This document shows positions 13,603-25,577 of a DNA stretch of 64,000 nucleotides, piece by piece. Location: contig NC_068992.1 of assembly GCF_001194135.2 (NCBI RefSeq), positions 7,235,479 through 7,299,478 of the forward strand, given 5' to 3'. Under the pieces are notes generated by a model. That model was not told the DNA's origin. It saw only the letters and a program-made list of their open reading frames with translations, and searched no databases. Made by a program: the position numbers and the translations under genes. Source of the stretch: Octopus bimaculoides (lineage: Eukaryota). Every line of letters begins with the position of its first letter. The stretch's first letter is position 1.

Positions 13603-13938
13603 CGACAAGGTGAAGAGCTGGCAGAACCGTTAGCATGTCTGGCAAAATGCATAGCTGCATTTCATCCATCTTTATTTTATTGCAAGAGTGTGTCAGAATT
13701 GAAGTAGATTTTCTATGTCTGGAAGCCCTTCTTATCATCAATCCTCATCTGTTTCCAAATCCAGGTCGGCCTTAGTCAGGCAGACATATGATTACGAACA
13801 TTCTATTCATGACCATCTCATCTGATTTTTAGGCATACCCTGACTACATTGTTTATTTAAGATGTTAAGGCGTGAGTTAGATTGACTACTATTTCTTGCA
13901 GATTGAGTGCTGACATAGATGCTTTCACTTTGTGAATG

Positions 13939-14075
13939 TACAAGGTGGTACCAAAAAGTTCCTGAACTAGTTCTATAGTACTCCAACAAATGGCAGCACA
14001 TGGTTGTGCAGTGACAGCTAGAAATGACCTTCATGAGGCAGCGTGCTGAGTGACATAATCACCTGAAAGCAGAAC
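13939..14075. mobile_element. Possible Tc1/mariner terminal fragment
   Basis: TA followed by caaggtggtaccaaaaagttcctgaact resembles a mariner TIR. No partner end found. Confidence 0.35.
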
Positions 14076-14805
14076 TGGCACACACTACATCCACTCCTTT
14101 TCATAACCTTCTTTTTTCCCCCACCACCATCTCCCTAAACCACTTGCATTCCTCATTATCTTCCTCCAGCCATACTCTCTCTCTTTCTCCTTAACACTTC
14201 CTTTATCTTCCATCACTTCTAATTCCCTCACATATCTAATATACTCCATGCCTCTTGAGTCACTCCTAAATATCTCATCTTCAATTATCCCTTCTAATCC
14301 TCTCTCTTCACATTCTTTTGAAAATCTTCTCCTCTGTCCTTCCAACCCACTCACCCAGTCCAATCTTGTCTATCACTCCACTTATATTCACTGTGCCCCC
14401 AGCACTGTACTTTCAGAGTTTGTCCTGATATATATCCACCGCCATCTCTCTTACTCTCTCTCCATCTCTGTCTTTCTTTTTTTCTCTCTCTTGTTCTTCA
14501 ATTCGGTTATCTTTGTATCTCTTCTGCAGCGAAACACCTATCTCTCTCCACTCTATTATCCTTTTAATGTTTCATCAACTGACACACAGCCAACTCCCTC
14601 AATACTATTCCCCCCACCCCGCCAGTTGAAGGGACTTTTATCTTGTCTTGCAAGTTACTTGGTGGTCCTGCCAGTGCTGGTGCTATAAAAAAAAAGCACC
14701 CAGTACACTCTGTAAAGTGGTTGGCTTTAGGAAGAGTATCCAGCCATAGAATCCATGCCAAAACAGACAATAGAGCTTGCTAGCTCATTTCAAACTGTCC
14801 AGATG

Positions 14806-14847
<42 letters not shown>

Positions 14848-15068
14848 NNNNNNNNNNNNNNNNNNNNNNNNNNNNNNNNNNNNNNNNNNNNNNNNNNNNN
14901 NNNNNNNNNNNNNNNNNNNNNNNNNNNNNNNNNNNNNNNNNNNNNNNNNNNNNNNNNNNNNNNNNNNNNNNNNNNNNNNNNNNNNNNNNNNNNNNNNNNN
15001 NNNNNNNNNNNNNNNNNNNNNNNNNNNNNNNNNNNNNNNNNNNNNNNNNNNNNNNNNNNNNNNNNNNN

Positions 15069-15135
<67 letters not shown>

Positions 15136-16036
15136 TACATACAAAGACATACACTGCAGAGAAAGAAGAAGAAGAGAGATAAATGTTCTCCTTTTGCAGT
15201 TCTAACACTGTGCTGTTATCTCCTATTCTCTTCGCTATTATTTCATTTACTACACTGACATTTATTGTCTTGCTGAAACATCTATCTTGTCCATTCCCAA
15301 TTCCCAAATTGTTATTATATCATGCTTGATGATAAAACTATATCTTCGGGGTTATTTCATTCACATCATTTTTCACCATTTCCATGGCTGCCACCGCATT
15401 TTATTCTTTTTTTTTTTTTTTTTTTTTTTTNNNNNNNNNNNNNNNNNNNNNNNNNNNNNNNNNNNNNNNNNNNNNNNNNNNNNNNNNNNNNNNNNNNNNN
15501 NNNNNNNNNNNNNNNNNNNNNNNNNNNNNNNNNNNNNNNNNNNNNNNNNNNNNNNNNNNNNNNNNNNNNNNNNNNNNNNNNNNNNNNNNNNNNNNNNNNN
15601 NNNNNNNNNNNNNNNNNNNNNNNNNNNNNNNNNNNNNNNNNNNNNNNNNNNNNNNNNNNNNNNNNNNNNNNNNNNNNNNNNNNNNNNNNNNNNNNNNNNN
15701 NNNNNNNNNNNNNNNNNNNNNNNNNNNNNNNNNNNNNNNNNNNNNNNNNNNNNNNNNNNNNNNNNNNNNNNNNNNNNNNNNNNNNNNNNNNNNNNNNNNN
15801 NNNNNNNNNNNNNNNNNNNNNNNNNNNNNNNNNNNNNNNNNNNNNNNNNNNNNNNNNNNNNNNNNNNNNNNNNNNNNNNNNNNNNNNNNNNNNNNNNNNN
15901 NNNNNNNNNNNNNNNNNNNNNNNNNNNNNNNNNNNNNNNNNNNNNNNNNNNNNNNNNNNNNNNNNNNNNNNNNNNNNNNNNNNNNNNNNNNNNNNNNNNN
16001 NNNNNNNNNNNNNNNNNNNNNNNNNNNNNNNNNNNN

Positions 16037-16086
<50 letters not shown>

Positions 16087-16975
16087 TACCTTAGAAATAC
16101 TGTTGAAGTTTTTGTAGAATATAACATTCTGCAAATTCCTTCCATTTTCAGCTTCACTGAATTAAACAATTATTAGGCAGTGTTTCATGGTATGTTGTAA
16201 TGTATCTAGCTTCAATGCCCTAATTTCTTGCCAATATCCTTCTTTAGTTTCCACAGCATTTAAGGCTTGTTTACACAAGCTATTTCTTTAAGATAACCCT
16301 AAAATAAAAAAATAACCAGGAGTGATTAAATCTAAAATGGAAAATGAATTTTGTACCACCAAAAACAATAAAAAGAAGAAAAGAAGATAATTTTGGCAAG
16401 GTGGTAAGATAAATCAGGCTAGCCTTTGTATTTTACCAGAGATAACTGAAGAATGTTAAACTACAATTCTACTAAATATAAATCTATATCATATATAAAT
16501 AAATTCTTTTATTATATTTTAATTCACACACACACAAACATCTCAGAAGTAAATAGGAACCCCTCATTTACCACTTCATCTGTGTAGATTCTACCTGGTG
16601 CTTCAAACTTATGTGTTAAGCCCTAAATGTCTTCTGAAATGCTCGCTCAATATGAATACTGCATTATTATGGTGTGTTTTTTTATAATTCATCCATGTTA
16701 AGTAGAATATAAAGATTGTTGTTTGGTACTAATACTGCTTCTGTCACTAATATCTAATTTTTACCCAGCCCACCAGCCATTTGCAACACCCATTCCTGAT
16801 AAGCTGCTGTCTTTCTATATATCATTCTATATATATGACCATGACTGGGGTAAACCATAACAATTGTGTCTTCTTTAGAATCTTGTTTTACTGTTTCATA
16901 TTATTGATATGTAAAGTATTGAATATATATCCTGTCATTGATCGATATTAATCTTTCTTTTTGTTTTTGTTCCAG

Positions 16976-17100
16976 TCACAGGTGGAAGGTACCAGCGGTA
17001 TTATACTCCACATTTTGGCACTCGTGTAAATAACATCACATCATACATTGGAGACACAGCAACACTTTATTGTTCTATAATAAATCTGGGCACAAAAACA
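16976..17100 (+). CDS. Dpr/ZIG-8-like Ig-superfamily protein, exon encoding the first half of Ig domain 1
   Basis: Polypyrimidine tract plus ccAG acceptor (16975) and GTAAGT donor (17101). 125 bp, phase 1->0. Translates (V)TGGRYQRYYTPHFGTRVNNITSYIGDTATLYCSIINLGTKT, matching the Dpr motif PxF...N.T...GxTAxLxCx.xNLGxKT. Not in the ORF track. Confidence 0.92.
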
Positions 17101-17389
17101 GTAAGTTTTTATCTAGATATTCTTTCTCACCTCCTATTTAGAAATCACTTCATAACACCTGGATCAGTGCACATCGATCTGCTTGCTCACTCTTCAACAT
17201 ACACCACTTGTCCTATAGATGTACACTCAAACTTCACTTTGCTGTTTTTATTATTATTACATTGGCCTTTGCTTCTTAGAGCTGGCTGATCTTGAACCAT
17301 CTCCACTCATACCTAATGCGCCCACTATGATAGGAATTGTTTCCACATTCGAGTTACCTCTATTTCCAGGTCTTTCTATTTTGAAAGTT

Positions 17390-18050
17390 ATCATCATTAT
17401 TATTATAATTGCCTTTGCACAGCTTCTAACGCTGGAGATGTACTACAGTGTCAGCTGTTCCCTACCAGTGAAATAAGGTAACACCTCTTATTTTTCGAAC
17501 ACCTTTCGGAGTACTCGAGCGGTTCCAAGCAGTGCTGTTTTCTGCAAGTGCTCCACCCTTATTGCAGCCCCTATTTGTTCCATGTCCTTCTCGAGATTTT
17601 TGCTCACTGTTCACGGGGCTCCGCCAATTAGTGGTACTACTGCTACCTTTTTCATCGACCACAACTGCTTAACCTCCCAAGCTAATCTGTCATATCTCTC
17701 GCCTTTTCTTTCTTCCCTATCGCATACCTTGTTGTCAGCTGGGCATGCTATATCTATGATCCAGCATAGTTTGCTTTCTTTCTCAATTAAGACTATGTCT
17801 GACTTCCTGTTCTCTATCTCATGGTCACACTGAATCATANNNNNNNNNNGCTTTCTTTCTCAATTAAGACTATGTCTGACTTCCTGTTCTCTATCTCATG
17901 GTCACACTGAATCATAAAATCCCATAGGATCTTTGCATTTCTATTTTCAACGATGCCTTCAGGTTTGTGGTCATACCAATTTTTTGTTTTGTCAAGTCCA
18001 TACTTGTTGCAGAGTGTCCAATGGACAAGCCTGGCTATATTGTCGTGGCC
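17390..18050 (-). mobile_element. R4/Dong-clade non-LTR retrotransposon, 5'-truncated 3' end with restriction-like endonuclease
   Basis: HDNIARLVHWTLCNKYGL...WYDHKP...ENRNAKILWDFMIQCDHEIENRKSDIV...IIDIACPAD...KY/RY..L..EVKQLW...LQKTALLGTARVLRKVFEK* (stop 17488-17490), then an (AAT)n tail. 17772-17839 is duplicated at 17850-17917 across a 10-N gap. Confidence 0.9.
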
Positions 18051-18052
18051 GT

Positions 18053-18235
18053 TTTCACTGAGGTCTGGAGAGCCAGTGGCTGCACCAGCCTCCAATCTGG
18101 CAGTGTTTCTGCATCTGGAGCCTGGTGCAGCCACTGGCTCTCCAGACCTCAGTGAAACCATCCAACCTATGCCAGCATGGAAAACGGACGTTAAACAATG
18201 ATTATTATTATTATTATTATTATTATTATGGTTCA
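18053..18235 (+). mobile_element. RTE-type 3' tail repeat with inverted 5' segment
   Basis: 3' part matches the tail family (ccatccaacctatgccagcatggaaaacggacgttaaacaatgattattatt). 18053-18094 is the reverse complement of 18116-18157. Confidence 0.8.
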
Positions 18236-18712
18236 CACATTTCTGTGTTTTGTTATATTCCTTTACATTTTCAGTTCAAATCCAGTTGAGGTCAGCTTTT
18301 CCTTTCATTGTTTCAGTATCCACAAAATAATACCAGTCAAACAGTCAATTGTTATCGACTAGCCTCCTACCACCTTCCATGACACTCCATCCTTACGACA
18401 CTGTTAGAAATCAATATTACATGAAATATTTAAAATCATTTTACACTGAGAGCAACTGTAGGTGGCAGCACCAACAGTCCCCAGTAAAAAAGATTTTTTA
18501 ATTTACTATTATTCAGTTATTGGAAAGCAGAATCAGTAAGATGTTGGGTGAGATGTCTTGCAGTATTTAATTATAAACCTTTGCATTCTGACTTTAAATC
18601 CCACAACAGAAGGATTTAAAGTCAGAATGCAAAGGTCAGCTTTCTCTTTCACCTTTTCAGTGTCAATATGAAATAAATACTAATCAAATAATAGCCATAT
18701 ATATAGAGAGAG

Positions 18713-18761
<49 letters not shown>

Positions 18762-18847
18762 TAGACATATATATATATATTACTGACTATTGTCTACCCA
18801 CCACGTTTTCTGGCTTTGTGCCTACATTACAAATCAGTGGTGGTGGT

Positions 18848-18906
<59 letters not shown>

Positions 18907-19439
18907 GGTGGTGGTGGTGGTGGTGGTAGTAGTGTTTTAGTTGCACAAGACAAATAGTGAATAATTGCAAAAATGAATAGTTATGAATAATTACACCAAT
19001 CAAATAATAAGGAAGATGCCAACGTCAAGTGCTGACCACACAAGTTGTACAATGAGATAATTGACCACGTAATTTCCGCCTGCCAGTCCTTGCCAAGTCC
19101 CAGTGTGTTTACACACTGGGACTTGGGTCAGTGGCTGTATACACAGGACAATATACCAACATTTTGATGTGTAAATGGATAAGAAGTAAAGTGCAGTACA
19201 TGAATATGACCCGTTCACAATAATCTGGGACATGCCCATCTAGACTAGTGTGAAGATCAAAGCAAACTATCCAGATATGATTTCCAAGGATGGAAAGGAA
19301 AATGATTCTACTTTATTAGACAGACATCTCAGTATCTTTTGATTGAAATATAGCTTGGAAGGACCTGGAGAAACAGTCAAAATACAAAAATGCTGGATGC
19401 AAACTAATCAGTGTGTAGGATAAAATTTTGAGTAACTGA

Positions 19440-19720
19440 TGCCTTACTGGTTTCAGTTATTGGACTGGCTATACTGGGCACCATCTTGAAGGATTTCGTC
19501 AAACAAAACACCACCCCGTACTTATTTTTTCAAGGGTGCACTTATTTTATTAGTCTCTTTGACCAAATTGCAAAGTTACAGGGTTATAAACAAGCCAGCA
19601 CCAATTGTCAAGTGATGGTAGTGGTGGTGGTGTGAGGGAGGACGAATACAAAACTACACACATTGAAATATAAGCAACAGGCTTCTTTCAGTTTCCGTCC
19701 ACTCATAAAGCTTTGGTTAG
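19440..19720 (-). mobile_element. tRNA-head SINE family A, degenerate
   Basis: Reverse complement of the family A body and tail (gtttcagt...ccatcttgaagg...cttgtcaa...ggcttctttcagtttccgtc). Confidence 0.7.
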
Positions 19721-21059
19721 TCCAGGTCTAGAATATAGAACACTTGTAAAGACGAAAGCCCTGTAAAGATGAAAGAGAAAGTCAAGGCTAGCAGAATTTG
19801 AACTTAGAACATAAAGACAGACGAAATGCCACAAAGCACTTTGTCTGGTGGGCTAGCAATTCTGCCAGCTCACTGCCATAATAATAATAATGATAATGAT
19901 GAAAATAATAATAATAATAATAATAATAATCACAACAACAACAGTAATAAAAATTTCAGTTTCACTCTGATATTTTCATTTGTTCAAATGTGAAGTCTTT
20001 GAAATTCAACATTTTCACCACATGAAAGAGTAAATAGGTTCATCACATGAAAGTTTATATAAGTCCATGGACATTATATCTTGACGAAATTATCTAAAAA
20101 TAAAAAAAAATACTCTATGGAGAATAAAGAAATGGATAAAGTGAAATACTTTTTCTTTATCCTGGCATTTGATGCTACAGTTATTTCTAAGAAGCAGACT
20201 GTTCTGTCAATAAAGAACACCTTGTACCTATGCTAGACACAAGTCAATAAAGAACTCCAGACTTGAAGGTAAAGATCTGAAGATTTTTTTTCTTTTTAGT
20301 AATTAATTTCATATAGATTGCTTACAAGGTTCCACTGACTAACCTTTACTTCTAACCAGAGAATTCCACTAATCAGTGGCTGAGCAAAGAAAACGAGGTG
20401 GCGAGGAGTGAGATCAGCTATAAGACTGCTAGAAATAACAACCTAAACTCCTTCAAACAACATGGTAATGGAAAGATGAAGATTATAACAAGAATACACT
20501 GATTAATTAGTGGTTTCCTTCATTATCAGATTATCAGGAGCTCTTCACATGTTCATACAATTTATTAGAATAGCCAAATTTCATTACCTACAATCATCTT
20601 TAAAAAACAAATAGTAAATGAAAATCATTATATCCAAGTCTCATTCATTAAGTGATGTATTAAACATAAAATACCTGTAAAAGTGTAAAAGATTGCTTTG
20701 GGGCTTAGTTCTTTTCAATCAGGACCACTTTGAAGGGACTAAACTGTAATACTAATTTGCATATCAAGTTCTTGTATAGAGAAAGCGCTGACAGTCTTTT
20801 ATTAGCTTAAATACCTGGCAATGAGAAATTAATGTTAGAACCTGTAGTGTGTCTTTTAAAGATTTAATACATATATTTCTTTACTTATCTTGACCTTTAA
20901 AATTAGACACCTAAATACATGTGCAAATCTGGGTAATTCTGTATAATGTGGCAAAACAAAAACCTGACACTTCAAACAAAGACCTTCTCATGCTAATAAA
21001 AGGTGTTGCTCTGAATTACAAGATTCTTGTCAACTCATGGCATACAAACTTGTCTGAAT

Positions 21060-21400
21060 TTACTGTTATCCTTTAGTCATTGAACTGCGGCCATGCTGCA
21101 GCACTGCCTTGAAGGGTTCTGACAATTTGCTCCCAGTACGTATTTCTAAGCCTGGTACTTATTCTGTCATTCTCTTTTAGCTGAACTGCTAAGTTACATG
21201 GATACAAACAAACCAACATCAGTTGTCAAGCAGTGGCAGGGGACAAATACAAGCACAAAGACACACACACTCATGACAGGCTTCCACATAGTTTCCATCG
21301 ACCTGATTTACTCACAAGGCATTGTTGGTCAGCCTGGAGCTACAGCAGAAGACATTTGTCCAATGTGCCATGCAGTAACACTGAGACTGAAACCATTTCC
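21060..21400 (-). mobile_element. tRNA-head SINE family A, degenerate near-full copy
   Basis: Collinear with the reverse complement of 48805-49253. Confidence 0.8.
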
Positions 21401-22272
21401 GCTATGTTTGTAACTACATCTTGCAAACTTAAAGATTTTTCCCAATAAATTTTAGCGCAAGGCCTGCTAATTTTCAGAGGAAGGCTAAGTCGATTGCAGA
21501 ATGCAACAAATACTTATTTTATCAACACCAAAAGGATAAAAGGCAAAGCTGACCTTGGCAGCATTTTGAACTCAAAATAATTATAGTAATGATAACAACA
21601 TTAATAATATAATACCTTATGAAATGTTTTCATGTCAAACATGATATCAATTACTAGGGTTATTATACTGTTCAATAAATGAATTTCTTTTTCAACTGTG
21701 CCATATTAATTCCAAAATATCAATGTTAGATTCCATTTATAGCTGAGAGGCAATTTTCAATTTCCCAGGGGTTTTATAAAATAATGGGCGATTATATAAG
21801 CAGAATTCATTATGCTAGTCCAGTTATCTGATATCACAGAAAAATTGGCTTTGTTAAATATTGCCTTAAATCAGCTACTTTAACATTGTGATGCAGGAAG
21901 TTAAATTGGGTGGATATTGTAGTCAGTTATGGATTAATTTAATCTCCCTCGAATGCTGAATCAAAATGCTTAACCATTTTGCCAGTAAACATATTTATAG
22001 GTTTGAATACAGTAGAGCGACAGAATCAGTTGACTGTCTTTTAGATTTGACTTCTGCCTCTTCTCATCTCAAAATCCAAATTCTGCCTGGCATCAGCTTT
22101 GTTTTCGTCATCAGTAAAATATGTATTGTAAGTCATTTAAGTGTGTAAATTTATGCTAATTTGTCATATCTATTCATATTATATAAATATATATGTATTT
22201 GTATATAGGAGTCACTGTGTGGTAAAAGAAACCTAAAACAAGGTTTTATGGGGTGTCTATTTACTTCTGTCA

Positions 22273-22304
<32 letters not shown>

Positions 22305-22309
<5 letters not shown>

Positions 22310-22534
22310 TCTTTTACTTGTTTCAGTCTTTTGACTGTGGCCATGCTGGAGCACCGCCTTTTAGTCGAGCAAATCGACCCCAGGACTTATTCTTTAGAAG
22401 CCTAGTACTTATTCTATCGATCTCTTTTGCCGAACCGCTAAATTACGGGGACATAAACACACCAGCATCGGTTGTCAAGCGATGTTGGGGGGACAAACAC
22501 ACACATACAAACATACACACACACATACATATAT
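22305..22534 (-). mobile_element. tRNA-head SINE family A, young 3' half (runs into gap)
   Basis: Near-identical reverse complement of 49060-49250. Confidence 0.9.
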
Positions 22535-22658
22535 NNNNNNNNNNNNNNNNNNNNNNNNNNNNNNNNNNNNNNNNNNNNNNNNNNNNNNNNNNNNNNNNNN
22601 NNNNNNNNNNNNNNNNNNNNNNNNNNNNNNNNNNNNNNNNNNNNNNNNNNNNNNNNNN

Positions 22659-22990
22659 GTGATACAAAAAGGGACAACAAAACATCCAGATAGACGATAC
22701 AAAGAAAACAAGGATAGGTGGTTCTCTCCAGATTTTTTCGTCCTTGTTTTTGTATACATTCGCTGCTTTCTTCCAAGGAATCTGATGCTCTTAGCTTAGT
22801 TTTTCCTTGGGGGCGGGCCAGATTGGGGCAATCTCGAGTATAACCAGCCGAAATTGCAAGGATAATCTGGAACTCGACTGAGGACAGAAAACTCCAAATG
22901 ACCCATCCTTGTTTTCTTTGTATTGTCTATCTGGATGTTTTGTTGTCCCTTTTTTGTATCACCTAACTGTCTGGATGTTTTACGTTCATG
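22659..22990. mobile_element. ~300-bp element with 57-58 bp inverted repeats (MITE-like or inverted retro-insertion)
   Basis: 22659-22715 and 22905-22962 are reverse complements with 1 mismatch and 1 indel. The left end abuts an N gap. Confidence 0.7.
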
Positions 22991-22999
22991 TCCCGTTTT

Positions 23000-23212
23000 G
23001 TGGGGACAAACACAGACGCAAACACCCACACACACATAAATATATACGTATATACAACAGGCTTCTTTTAGTTCCTGTCTACCAAAATCCACTCACAAAG
23101 ATTTGTGTGGTGCGAGGTTATAGTAGAAGATACTTGCCCAAGATACCACACAGTGGGACTGAACTCAGAACTATGTGGACAGGGAAACAAGCTTCTTACC
23201 ACACAGTCACGC
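23000..23212 (-). mobile_element. tRNA-head SINE family A, older 5' half
   Basis: Reverse complement of gcgtgactgtgtggtaagaagcttg...gagttcagtcccactgtgtgg...cttgggcaagtatcttctactata. Confidence 0.8.
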
Positions 23213-24614
23213 TTTTGCTTATGCATAATGAATCCACATTTCTTAAAGTAGGGACTATCTTGTTGTTATAATCTTTCCAAACATCTTAAAATAATAACTA
23301 TTATGAAAATATATTTCCCAGAAACAGGTTGCCTTACAAACATTATCATCTTCATCTTGAAATTCCAGTGTATCAGAAAGGTGTCAAAGCAATTAAAAAA
23401 TGAGAAAAGCTCAATTTTTAAAATTACATTGGCTTTAGTAACATATTTCTGTGCCTTGGGTCTTTAAAGAGTGTTCAACTGGAATTAGTCTCCTCTTTAG
23501 AAAAACCATTGTGTAAAGCATGTTTATGTAATTGTTAAAGTTAAGGAAGTAAGCTGTTAATAAAATCAAATGTACAAATTATTTTTTGAAATGGTTGTCA
23601 AATTACAAAATGAGAAAATAAACTTATAGGAAAATATTTGGTAAGTGAAAATTAAAAAATACAAGATAAAATTTCCAAACAGAAAAAAATGAATCTGATG
23701 GGTTGGTGAATGTTGTACAGAGTGGTTTTTGTGTATACAAATTATACAACAGAAATACATACATACATACACATACACATCAGAAAGGAAGTATGAAGAT
23801 ACGTGTAAAAGTATTTATATGTAGACATAACTTTAGAAGTTATCAAAAGTGGCCCACTTAAATGGTCTGACACAACAACTTAGATCATTTCAAAGCTATT
23901 ACTACATCATATTCGATGATGTAAATATTTCAAGCTACATAAAAATTCATTCATATAAATCTTTTATACATTTATATATATCTATGTGTTTGTATGCATG
24001 TGTATATGTGTGTGTATGTATATATGTGCATATATATAATACATATACGGATATATTTATATACGAGTTTATATATANNNNNNNNNNNNNNNNNNNNNNN
24101 NNNNNNNNNNNNNNNNNNNNNNNNNNNNNNNNNNNNNNNNNNNNNNNNNNNNNNNNNNNNNNNNNNNNNNNNNNNNNNNNNNNNNNNNNNNNNNNNNNNN
24201 NNNNNNNNNNNNNNNNNNNNNNNNNNNNNNNNNNNNNNNNNNNNNNNNNNNNNNNNNNNNNNNNNNNNNNNNNNNNNNNNNNNNNNNNNNNNNNNNNNNN
24301 NNNNNNNNNNNNNNNNNNNNNNNNNNNNNNNNNNNNNNNNNNNNNNNNNNNNNNNNNNNNNNNNNNNNNNNNNNNNNNNNNNNNNNNNNNNNNNNNNNNN
24401 NNNNNNNNNNNNNNNNNNNNNNNNNNNNNNNNNNNNNNNNNNNNNNNNNNNNNNNNNNNNNNNNNNNNNNNNNNNNNNNNNNNNNNNNNNNNNNNNNNNN
24501 NNNNNNNNNNNNNNNNNNNNNNNNNNNNNNNNNNNNNNNNNNNNNNNNNNNNNNNNNNNNNNNNNNNNNNNNNNNNNNNNNNNNNNNNNNNNNNNNNNNN
24601 NNNNNNNNNNNNNN

Positions 24615-24650
<36 letters not shown>

Positions 24651-24684
24651 CATATATGTATGTGTATATGTGGCTATCTATCTT

Positions 24685-24747
<63 letters not shown>

Positions 24748-25433
24748 CCCTTTTCTTTATGCAAGTGTTTAGTACAAGTTGTGTATGTATAGGCACTATC
24801 AATAATTTACATCAAAATAATACATTAAAGTATTCTATTCCAACTTAAGCCCATAGAAAGATCAATCAAAACCTCTATGTATTGCCATAGAGCGTCTGTC
24901 AATAGTTTATTTTTTATGTATTTATTTTTATGGTAAATCAACAGTACTTTACATTGTTGGATGCTTTGAAAAGAAATGCCTGATCTTTATTTTCCTGAAA
25001 TATGATTGATTTAAAGTAGAAATAACATCAAAGGTGAACGGTCAACTAAGACTTGACAATATAGATTGGTTAGGAGTTAAAATCAAACTGTTAACCATCA
25101 GTTTACCATAACAACCCCTACTAAATAACGTATGTTTTTTTAGTTTATACCCTATTTTAGCTACAGTATTGGAATAACACGATAATCAGCTTGCAGATGA
25201 CCAATTCGGTGAACTATTTCAGCAAAGAGTCAATGGGGAAGATTCTATGTGATCTCAATACCCTTTTGAAATAGCATCCAAATTGCCCTCAAAAATTAGA
25301 TATATACATACATACATACATACATACATATGTGTATGTGTGTGTATACACACGCACACACAAACACATACATATAAATACTCATATATGTATGTATGTA
25401 AATATATATGCAAGCATTGGAAATGGACTTTAA

Positions 25434-25511
25434 CCCTTTCATTACCATATTTCTGTTGAGATGCTCTGTGTTTCTTTCAATTAATTTTATATATAACAAA
25501 GAATCTAAGGG
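25434..25511. mobile_element. Very short piggyBac-type MITE (TTAA-CCCTT...AAGGG-TTAA)
   Basis: TTAA at 25430-25433 and 25512-25515 flank CCCTT/AAGGG termini. A similar decayed sequence lies at ~51967-52056. Confidence 0.55.
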
Positions 25512-25577
25512 TTAAATGTTGTTGGTGATGATGATGATATATATAAGCGCATATTTATATGAATATATATGTATATC

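Noticed and set aside
17772-17917. 68-bp direct duplication inside the R4 element
   Set aside because: It flanks a 10-N gap exactly, which is typical of an unmerged contig overlap.
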